The position numbers and the translations under genes were made by a program. 64,000 nucleotides of DNA from Treponemataceae bacterium (GTDB lineage: Bacteria; Spirochaetota; Spirochaetia; Treponematales; Rectinemataceae): assembly GCA_963678065.2 (NCBI GenBank), contig CAXXVZ010000003.1, positions 2,240,001-2,304,000 on the forward strand, given 5' to 3'. A model generated the notes under the pieces. It was not told the DNA's origin and ran no database searches. It was given only the letters and a program-made list of their open reading frames with translations. Of this stretch, positions 38,504 to 46,151 are shown one piece after another (positions within the stretch are counted from its first letter, which is position 1; every line of letters starts with the position of its first letter).

Positions 38504-38687
38504 AAAATTCGGGACAATTATCGTCGACAAAATTTTCTCCATGAATTCCATATCTGATTCTGTTGTATTCAATTTGATTTCTGTTCTCATTCCCGAAGCA
38601 TATCATACGATTACTACACTGTCTGCTCTGGACAGAACAGTAGACATGAATCCGCTATTTTGGAGATCCTTCCGGCAAGTCATGGCT

Positions 38688-38975
38688 TCATTTATGGTTT
38701 TGGTGCGTTTTGTAGAAAGCGTGCCGGTATTGTGTCGGACTGATGCCTTCTACCAGTTTGAATATTCGCATGAAATATTTCTCATCGTCGAATCCGACTT
38801 CATACGCAATTTCCTTTACGCTCGAATCGGATTCGTACAGCAGTATCTTTGCCTTCGATACCCGCACTGTGTTGATGTATTCCAACAGACGCATCCCGGT
38901 ATGCATATGGAATATTTTGGAATAATAATTTGAATTGTAGTGGTACCTGGAGGCGACTTCTTTGGTGGATTTATC
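38688..38975 (-). pseudogene. AraC-family regulator remnant (C-terminal HTH only)
   Basis: Frame reads EVASRYHYNSNYYSKIFHMHTGM...VGFDDEKYFMRIFK; an in-frame stop lies just upstream and there is no N-terminal domain. Confidence 0.8.
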
Positions 38976-39321
38976 TGTCGATCACGGTTTTCCTCTGGTA
39001 GCATACTCACCCCTTCTGCGCGGATTCTATACTGATTTGACACAAGCACTTCCGAAAGAGTTCGACAATACATACAACCGGGAGCGTATCACCGCGCTCA
39101 AACATGTGTTGGATGAAATCGGGGGAATTACGGCGAACCAATTGGTTCTAGCCTGGATGCGGGCGCAGAAAGCGGAAATAATTCCAATTGTTTCCGGCAG
39201 CACGATAGATCAAATTGAGGGTAATCTGAAAGCAAGCGAAATCAGCCTGACAACTGCTCAAATGGACTTGCTCAATCAGCCCGGAAAATTCGGTAGGGGG
39301 ACATGCTTATGCGAAAAATAG
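38962..39321 (+). pseudogene. Aldo/keto reductase remnant (C-terminal third)
   Basis: AYSPLLRG, QLVLAW, IPI.S.S.IDQI..NL; catalytic N-terminal part absent. Confidence 0.8.
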
Positions 39322-40202
39322 GTTTTATCGGTTTGGGGATAATGGGCAAGCCGATGGCGGCAAACTTGACCAGGAAGGGTTGTGATCTTGTCGTCTATGA
39401 TCTGAATGGCGGCGCGGTTTCCGGGATGATTTCAATGGGAGCAGGGACGGGGATGGTCGAGTCTATCGGCGAATCGTGCAAAATAGTTTTCACGATTCTG
39501 CCGACCGGCGCCATCGTAAAGGATATTCTTTTCGGAAATAACGGTATCGCACAGCGCATGGCGCCGGGCGGCCTGATTGTCGATATGAGTTCGGTCACGC
39601 CCGGAGAATCGAGATTCTGCGCGGAAAAACTCAAAGAAAAAGGCATTGCCTTTCTCGACGCGCCGGTCAGCGGTGGAGAGCCCAAGGCAATCGATGGGAC
39701 CCTGTCGTTCATGGTCGGCGGCAAAACAAGCGCTTTCGAAACCGCACTCCCGTATTTCAGGATGATGGGGACCTCCGCCATCCTGGTAGGGGAAAACGGC
39801 AGCGGTTCCGTTGCGAAGCTCGTAAACCAGATCATCGTCAACAATACCATCGCGATTGTCTCGGAGGCCTTCGTTTTTGCCGCGAAGGCTGATGTCGATC
39901 CGATAAAAGTTTTCGAGGCGATAAAAGGCGGACTCGCTGCGAGCGAGATCCTGAACAGAAAAATCCCGATGATTGTAGAACGGAATTTTGCCCCTGGAGG
40001 GAAAATGTCCATCAATCTGAAGGATATCAAGAATGTGATGGAGACCGCGCACGAGATAGACGTTCCCCTTCCGTATACCGCCCAATTGCTCGAGATCATA
40101 CAAGGCTTGAAAATATCAGATGGATTGGATCTGGACCATTGCCCCATCATCCATCATTTCGAGAAACTCGCGGGTGTCGAGGTGAGAAAGAGAAACTTAT
40201 AA
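39309..40202 (+). CDS. garR: 2-hydroxy-3-oxopropionate reductase / beta-hydroxyacid dehydrogenase
   Basis: GFIGLGIMGKPMA, DAPVSGGEPKA, KLVNQ, KDI. Confidence 0.8.
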   Translation: MRKIGFIGLGIMGKPMAANLTRKGCDLVVYDLNGGAVSGMISMGAGTGMVESIGESCKIVFTILPTGAIVKDILFGNNGIAQRMAPGGLIVDMSSVTPGESRFCAEKLKEKGIAFLDAPVSGGEPKAIDGTLSFMVGGKTSAFETALPYFRMMGTSAILVGENGSGSVAKLVNQIIVNNTIAIVSEAFVFAAKADVDPIKVFEAIKGGLAASEILNRKIPMIVERNFAPGGKMSINLKDIKNVMETAHEIDVPLPYTAQLLEIIQGLKISDGLDLDHCPIIHHFEKLAGVEVRKRNL

Positions 40203-40254
40203 TGTCCCTTGATGGAAAATGTAATTCATTGTTGAAACAGTCAGGAGATCTACG

Positions 40255-41697
40255 ATGAGCGAGTTGCCTGTCTTGGAGATCGGCGTTCTGGAAAAATATG
40301 CCAAGCCCGATGAAGTTTCCGTCGATGCCGAGTTGAGAATCGCGCTCGGCAAATTGAACCGGAAAATCGTCGTGCTCGACGACGACCCTACCGGTGTGCA
40401 GACCGTCCATGGCATATCGGTCTATACGAGCTGGGATCCGCAAGCCATTGCGGCCGGCTTTGCTGAAAGCAATTCAATGTTTTTCATCCTTACCAACTCG
40501 CGCAGTTTTACGAGTGAAGAAACCAGGCGGGCGCATACGGAAATGGCTGAAAATATTGCCGCGATTTCAAAGGAAACCGGTAAGAAATATATCCTTGTCA
40601 GCCGGAGCGATTCGACGATGCGGGGGCATTTCCCCCTGGAAACCGGTACGCTGTGCAAGACTACCGAGGCGGGAACCGACAAAAAAATCGACGGGGAAAT
40701 AATCTTCCCCTTCTTCAAGGAAGGCGGCCGCTTCACCATCGACAACGTACATTATGTCAAGGAAAAGGGCGGCCTCGTTCCCGCAGGGCAGACGGAATTC
40801 GCCAAGGATAAAACCTTTGGCTATCGCAGTTCCCACCTGGGCGACTGGGTGGAAGAAAAGACCAAGGGTGCTTTCAGGAAGGAAGCGTGCATCTATATTG
40901 CCCTGGACGACCTTCGTTCACGTTCAGTTCAAAAGATCGCGGACCAATTGAGGCAGGCCTGCGATTTCAACAAAGTCATCGTGAACGCGATCGGCTATGT
41001 TGACGTGAAGGTATTCATGCTCGCCTTTATTGAAGCGATACTTTCCGGCAAGGAATTCATTTTCCGTAGCGCCGCAGCGGTGACAAAAGTCATTGGGGGT
41101 GTTCCCGATCACCCTCTTTTATCCAAGGCCGAACTCATTGACAGGGATAACCGGAATGGCGGCATCGTGCTGATCGGTTCGCACGTAAACAAGACGACAC
41201 AACAATTCGAGGCACTCAGGACTTTGAACGGAAAGGTCGAGTTCATCGAGTTCGATCAGCATCTTGTGATGAAGGAAGGCGGACTCGAGGGCGAAGTAGA
41301 ACGGGTGATCGATCTGGTGGAAAAATACATTCCGAAGGGAAAGGCCGTCATAGTTTACACTCGGCGTGAGCGTTTCGATTTGGATACTGATGACAAGGAG
41401 AAGCAGTTGGTCGTATCGGTCAGAATCTCCGACGCGATAACCGGCATCATCGGAAAACTGAAGGTGCGGCCCTCCTACATAATCGCCAAGGGCGGCATAA
41501 CATCCAGCGACATAGGTACGAAAGCACTGAAGGTGAAAAAAGCCACCGTCATGGGGCAGATCAGGCCGGGCATCCCCGTCTGGATGACAGGCGACGAAAG
41601 CAAATTCCCTCGCATGCCATATATCATCTTTCCCGGGAATGTCGGAGAGATCGAAACCCTTGAGCAGATTGTGGATGAATTGAGCTCGCTCCCGTAG
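40255..41697 (+). CDS. Four-carbon acid sugar kinase family (DUF1537)
   Basis: LDDDPTG.QTVH, RSDSTMRGH, KGGITSSD, FPGNVG. Confidence 0.88.
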   Translation: MSELPVLEIGVLEKYAKPDEVSVDAELRIALGKLNRKIVVLDDDPTGVQTVHGISVYTSWDPQAIAAGFAESNSMFFILTNSRSFTSEETRRAHTEMAENIAAISKETGKKYILVSRSDSTMRGHFPLETGTLCKTTEAGTDKKIDGEIIFPFFKEGGRFTIDNVHYVKEKGGLVPAGQTEFAKDKTFGYRSSHLGDWVEEKTKGAFRKEACIYIALDDLRSRSVQKIADQLRQACDFNKVIVNAIGYVDVKVFMLAFIEAILSGKEFIFRSAAAVTKVIGGVPDHPLLSKAELIDRDNRNGGIVLIGSHVNKTTQQFEALRTLNGKVEFIEFDQHLVMKEGGLEGEVERVIDLVEKYIPKGKAVIVYTRRERFDLDTDDKEKQLVVSVRISDAITGIIGKLKVRPSYIIAKGGITSSDIGTKALKVKKATVMGQIRPGIPVWMTGDESKFPRMPYIIFPGNVGEIETLEQIVDELSSLP

Positions 41698-41994
41698 GTT
41701 GTTGAAATATCCTCAATGGTCACCCTCATGACCTAATGAGCACGGAGGATGTTCCATGCGAGCGAGCGATGGCATTCTGTGGCCATCAAATTTCGTTTAC
41801 CGATCCAAGCCAGCGTACGACGAAAGGCCACAGATGTTCTAAATCTTGATGAATCGGGCCTATATTCAGTCCGGGTATCATAACATTATCGTCACGATGC
41901 CCCTCAAGAGCGCCAACAGTGAACGCTCGAAGATCAAGACCGAGCTTCTGCAAATCCTCCTGAAAGAGACAGATAGCTGGGCTGGCGTTGTACA

Positions 41995-42091
41995 ACGCCA
42001 GTTGAGATCGGCACTCAACCAATTTGCTGACTTGTACGGTGCGAGAGTACCGTTATGATTCGGCCGTTTACACAAAATTTGTTACAGGCCC
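41995..42091 (+). mobile_element. IS256-family remnant: transposase C-terminus plus terminal IR
   Basis: Peptide ..SALNQFADLYGARVPL* resembles IS256 transposase C-termini and is directly followed by an IR reading GGGCCTGTAACAAATTTTGTGTAAAC on the minus strand. Confidence 0.65.
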
Positions 42092-42129
42092 TTGTGATGG
42101 CCGTTTATACAAAAATATGATACAGGCCC
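42062..42129. repeat. Tandem direct repeat of an IS256-like end
   Basis: GGCCGTTTACACAAAATTTGTTACAGGCCC (42062-42091) and GGCCGTTTATACAAAAATATGATACAGGCCC (42099-42129). Confidence 0.85.
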
Positions 42130-42149
42130 GTCTTGAAGTCTTTCCGTTA

Positions 42150-42506
42150 TTATATCCACTCGATTTTTTCTTTTGTAAATTCGTTTGTTTTATCGCCGGT
42201 ATTCACTACGTCGACTCGTTCCAAGAGTATTATTTCACATCCATCTTCCGAAAAAGGCTTGTGCTCTTTTCCTTTTTGAACAACAAACATTTCATCTTTA
42301 TTAAGCTCTACAGATTCATTCCGAAAGTCTATTCTCATCTTTCCTTTATGAACAATAAATATTTCATCACAATCTGCATGTGTATGCCACGTAAAATGAC
42401 CTTTAATTTTTACTACTTTTACCAAATAGTTATCCAATTGAGCTATACATTTGGGAGACCAATAGTCATCAAACAAGGAAAATTTTTCAATAAAATTTAT
42501 TGCCAT
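42150..42506 (-). CDS. Cupin domain protein (cassette-like gene)
   Basis: WSPK, KGHFTWHTH..DE.F.V, GKEHKP, NTGD; start 42506 or 42515. Confidence 0.85.
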   Translation of the reverse strand: MAINFIEKFSLFDDYWSPKCIAQLDNYLVKVVKIKGHFTWHTHADCDEIFIVHKGKMRIDFRNESVELNKDEMFVVQKGKEHKPFSEDGCEIILLERVDVVNTGDKTNEFTKEKIEWI

Positions 42507-42538
42507 TAATTGCATCCTTTTCTCCTCCATATTGGTTC

Positions 42539-42683
42539 TTCTATCTGCTGTTAACCACATGCTGTTGTTTTGATCTTTCCAGTCAATCACGTATCTTCCT
42601 CAGCCGTCAAATGACGGCTTCTTCATGATCTTCTTGGTCGCCGCATGGGCCATAGTCCTGTCCGATTGAAGCGGTTGATCGAC
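42539..42683 (-). repeat. Degenerate attC-like site 3
   Basis: Minus strand AACCGC-TTCAATCGGA shortly after the stop codon; central hairpin AGCCGTCA/TGACGGCT; distal GGTTAA. Confidence 0.4.
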
Positions 42684-43334
42684 GAAATCATCATTGGCAA
42701 ATTTCCATTATTTTTTTCACACGTTCTTGTGTCTTTTTCCTTGGAAATCTTTCATACTCATTAGCAAATTTAATAATTTGTTTTTTTTGCTCATTTGTAA
42801 GATGCTTTGAAATCTTAATAAACGATTCAAGTATCCAATCATGTTCATTCATTATGACGTTGTTACATGATTCCAGCAGTATTGGATATACTTCTCCGGC
42901 AGCTTCTTCTGATGTTTCTCCATAATCCCCAAGAAATAGGTCTGCAGAACTTACTAAACACAATTGTCCATCGCATTTTTCCCGTATATACTTTTGTGCA
43001 AATGTAATCGCTTTCTGTGCTATTGCCGGCTTTTCTTTTGCACAGAATCCAAATGTCCTTATTATCATCCATCTCGTCTGTGGCTCATCTACGTCAAGTG
43101 CAGGTAATAGATCTTCCAAAAGGGGAGAAACCATATCAGGCTTTCCCATGGCAACGCATTCAACTATTTTTGAAGCCCCTGACCTGACGTTTTTTTCTTT
43201 TTTGTTTTTTGAACAATAACTTGCAAATTCAACAGCCTCTTTTAGTATTTCGATTTTTCCATTAAGTACCTCATCAGCAAGTTTTTTGCCTAATTCACTT
43301 GATACTGTCCCTTTATTCGTTTTGAGTTGTTCTA

Positions 43335-44475
43335 GTGTTCCGTCTTTTACAGATTGCCTAATAGCCCTTGGCAGTTGCAATGCTCGAAGAAATTTGTTCA
43401 GCAGATTTTACCCATTTGAATTTACGACCTGATGTATTCCAGCCTTTGATGAAATCGTCTATCGCCTTTTCAAGTTCATCAACACTGGTCCAACTATCGC
43501 GCCGAATTCGCTTAGTGGTGATTTCTCCAAACCAGCGTTCAACAAGATTCAGCCATGAAGAATGTGTCGGTATGAAGTGCTCAACAAATCGACCATTCAT
43601 CGAATCCAGATATTTCCTGACCTCTTGAGTTTTATGTGCAGAATAATTATCCGCAACGATATGAAGCGTCTTTCCCTTAGGGCTCTTGCGATTGACCATC
43701 TTCAAGAAAGAAATATAGTCAGCTGCCTTGTGTTGTTCCTTGCAGTCGCCGATTACTTTCCCGCTCACGACATTTAATGCTGCAAAAAGCGTTGTTGTAC
43801 CATGGCGATAGTAGTCGTGAGATTGACGTTCAGGAACACCGGGAAGCAACGGTAGAATCGGCTGCGATCGCTCTACGGCTTGAATCTGTGATTTCTCGTC
43901 CACACAAAGAACTATCGAGTTCTCGGGAGGATTGAGATACAAGCCGACGACATCTTCCAGCTTCTTTTCAAAATCAGGATCGGTGCTGAATTGAAAATGC
44001 TTCACCAGATGGGGCTTTAGTCCTCGTTCGCGAAGAATGGTATTCACCGAGGAATGCCCTATGCCAAGTTTTTTTGCCAACTCTCTCGTACTCCAATGCG
44101 TTCCCTGTTCAGGTTTTTCATTGCAGACAAGCGTACAAAGCTCATTCTTTACTTCGAGTGGAATTGGCTGTTTCCCTGGTTTTCTTGTTTTGTCAGTGAG
44201 TAAGGACTTTAATCCGCCCTCATTGTACCGGTGGACATACCGACTCACCGTGACATTATTAATCCCAAGAAACGCTGCTGTGTCGTTCGTTGATCGGTTA
44301 TGGGCTCTGCTTAGGACGGTTTGAAGACGTACAGCATATTTGTGCTGAATATCCCCGATAGCTAAAATCTTTTCCATAAGGATAACGTCTTCTTTGGTCG
44401 TGTTCGGTTTTACTTCTTTCGCCATGTGGTAAGTATAGCATACTTTTATTAGGTTGTCTGTATTGGACAGTACAC
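43335..44475 (-). mobile_element. IS630-family insertion sequence, apparently intact
   Basis: Imperfect IRs CTAGTGTTCCGTCTTTTACAGA / CTAGTGTACTGTCCAATACAGA; TA duplicated in a CTAG target (43333-34, 44476-77). Confidence 0.92.
43358..44425 (-). CDS. IS630-family transposase
   Basis: WSTRELA, CVDEKSQIQA, YYRHGT, ADNYSAHK, SWLNLVERWF; start adjusted to ATG 44425. Confidence 0.95.
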   Translation of the reverse strand: MAKEVKPNTTKEDVILMEKILAIGDIQHKYAVRLQTVLSRAHNRSTNDTAAFLGINNVTVSRYVHRYNEGGLKSLLTDKTRKPGKQPIPLEVKNELCTLVCNEKPEQGTHWSTRELAKKLGIGHSSVNTILRERGLKPHLVKHFQFSTDPDFEKKLEDVVGLYLNPPENSIVLCVDEKSQIQAVERSQPILPLLPGVPERQSHDYYRHGTTTLFAALNVVSGKVIGDCKEQHKAADYISFLKMVNRKSPKGKTLHIVADNYSAHKTQEVRKYLDSMNGRFVEHFIPTHSSWLNLVERWFGEITTKRIRRDSWTSVDELEKAIDDFIKGWNTSGRKFKWVKSAEQISSSIATAKGY

Positions 44476-44525
44476 TAGAATAGACATTGCTGGCCTCCAA
44501 ACACCATTCTCTTCCTGCGTCGTCC

Positions 44526-44623
44526 ACTTAGCATACGCTTAACCGGCACGGCATTCATTGACACGCGTTTTGGTGCATACAAACCGTGGCAATAGCCATG
44601 CCCGGTTGAAGTGTTTACTTGGC
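44526..44623 (-). repeat. attC-like site 2 (98 bp)
   Basis: Minus strand AAACAC-TTCAACCGGGCATGGC...GCCGTGCCGGTTAA-GCGTAT-GCTAAGT; long imperfect hairpin with one extra base in the L'' arm. Confidence 0.6.
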
Positions 44624-44633
44624 GCTTATCTTT

Positions 44634-45179
44634 TCACAAGTATTTCCTTGCGACAATTCGATTCCCGACTTTTTCATCAATGAATCCATTTTTTCTGTAC
44701 ATTGCGTATACTCCATGGTAGTTACTGTATTCATCTTCCGCTCTCTTATTTGGATACGCTTCGACTATTTTAAATTTCTCTTCCTTTGCATCATCGAGTG
44801 CTTGTCTCAGCAGCGCAGATGCAATCCCTTTCCCTCTGTAATTCTTTTCAACAATAAAACAGACTATTGATTTTACATACTCGTCTTCGTTTGGGTTTGA
44901 TATTTTTAATCTCGGATAACTATTCTTGCTATTTGCGTTGCACCATGCAATTGCATTGTCGTCATCGTAAGCCAGATAGCCCTGCATAATTCTGTTTTCG
45001 ATCAACCAAATTGCATAATCTCTCTTGCTGGAACTCAGTTTTTGATAGTTCTCGAATTTAGGTTGATAAAAAAAAGTACAATAGCATGTTCCCCATTCTT
45101 TGTGATCAAAAAATGCTCTATTGTCAAAAAAATCCAGCCAATCTCCGGCATTGGATGTATCTAGTTTTTCTATCCTCAT
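44634..45179 (-). CDS. GNAT-family N-acetyltransferase (cassette-like gene)
   Basis: WGTCYC, IVCFIV...YRGKGIASALL, VEAYP, YHG; start MRIEKL approximate. Confidence 0.87.
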   Translation of the reverse strand: MRIEKLDTSNAGDWLDFFDNRAFFDHKEWGTCYCTFFYQPKFENYQKLSSSKRDYAIWLIENRIMQGYLAYDDDNAIAWCNANSKNSYPRLKISNPNEDEYVKSIVCFIVEKNYRGKGIASALLRQALDDAKEEKFKIVEAYPNKRAEDEYSNYHGVYAMYRKNGFIDEKVGNRIVARKYL

Positions 45180-45209
45180 TTGCTTCTTCCTTCTTTGCGC
45201 GGTGCATCC

Positions 45210-45272
45210 ACCTATCAAAAGATTAACCGGCGGAGGGCTTGTCCCCGATGTCCGGTTAAGCGGTTGTCAGAT
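45210..45272 (-). repeat. attC-like site 1 (63 bp)
   Basis: Minus strand ATCTGAC-AACCGC-TTAACCGG...CCGGTTAA-TCTTTT-GATAGGT, overlapping the DUF488 stop codon. Confidence 0.62.
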
Positions 45273-45722
45273 ATGGAATATGTCTATGTTATCATAGATA
45301 TCCTTAAAGTACTCTGCAACAATTCTCCTGTGGCATTTTGTGGCAGTCGATTCACTACAAAGAAGGCATGCTGAATCTAGTTGTTCGACAGAGATATTGC
45401 GCTCAGGTCTGCGTTCGATCAGCAATTGTTTAAATAGTTGTTCAAATTCTTTCCATGCAATTTCATTTTTTCTGTATCTCTTCAACAGTTCATTTTTGGG
45501 TGCCAAATCAGTGATATGCAGATAATTGATTTTACAGATCTTTTCCAGGAAATATTTCAGATCTTCTTTTTTTGTATATCCAGCCAGCTGTGATACGTTA
45601 TTAAGTCGGATATCTATAACTACTTTGACATTATTTTCCATCAGTTTTTCAAAAAACTCTTTAGCATTCTTCTTGGTAAACCCAATTGTATAAAGTTTTG
45701 CTCTGGTATTCATCGAAACCAC
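45267..45722 (-). CDS. DUF488 family protein (cassette-like gene)
   Basis: LYTIGFT, DIRLNN.SQLAG, LAP, CLLCSE...CHR. Confidence 0.88.
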   Translation of the reverse strand: MVSMNTRAKLYTIGFTKKNAKEFFEKLMENNVKVVIDIRLNNVSQLAGYTKKEDLKYFLEKICKINYLHITDLAPKNELLKRYRKNEIAWKEFEQLFKQLLIERRPERNISVEQLDSACLLCSESTATKCHRRIVAEYFKDIYDNIDIFHI

Positions 45723-45856
45723 CTCCTCTCCATAAGCAGCACTCTCTTTGTTTTCTATTATTTTAACCTAAGCCTATTCCATGTTGATATAGGAACGACA
45801 ATAAGTGTCTGTATACCCGAATCTTTCAGAAATTTACATGCAGTGTGTAGAGAACA

Positions 45857-46068
45857 ATGAGGAACATCGGTACGTCAAACAAGAAGGATGTCATCGAGAT
45901 TGCAGCCGGTACCGGCGGGATTATCTTGCCCCGCCCCGCTTCAAAGATCAGCCTGCTTGATATATATCGCGCATCGGAAGCGGTGAAAGAAGGACAGTTC
46001 TTCAAGATACATGAGGATACACAGCCCTCCGGTGTCCGGTTGGCGGAAATATCAAAGTCATTCTATAG
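45857..46068 (+). pseudogene. Rrf2-family regulator remnant with frameshift
   Basis: AGTGG...ISLLDIYRA...FKIH; the conserved CPVGGNI lies in a shifted frame (46033) followed by an early stop; N-terminus missing. Confidence 0.72.
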
Positions 46069-46151
46069 TTACTGATCTTTTCAATTATGGTAATCGGAAT
46101 CAGTTCCTATGAATGGATATTACGTCTTATTGATGAACAAATCATTTACCC

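Larger units (their letters stand above)
42691..44487 (-). pseudogene. Helical-repeat (HEAT/ARM-like) protein gene interrupted at codon 4 by IS630
   Basis: Removing the IS and one TA restores GGAGG-ATG TCT ATT CTA GAA CAA = MSILEQLKTNKGTVSSELGK... ending at 42691. Confidence 0.8.

Noticed and set aside
41700..41990. Small ORFs after the DUF1537 kinase
   Set aside because: No recognisable motifs; only the last ~20 codons of 41846-42058 resemble a transposase tail
42062..42129. 30-bp direct repeat pair as a mini CRISPR array
   Set aside because: Only two copies, a 7-bp gap and no cas genes; better explained as IS256-like ends
45723..45856. attI site or integrase upstream of the cassette-like array
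   Set aside because: Only an isolated GTTAAAA on the minus strand; no intI ORF, and the neighbour is an Rrf2 remnant
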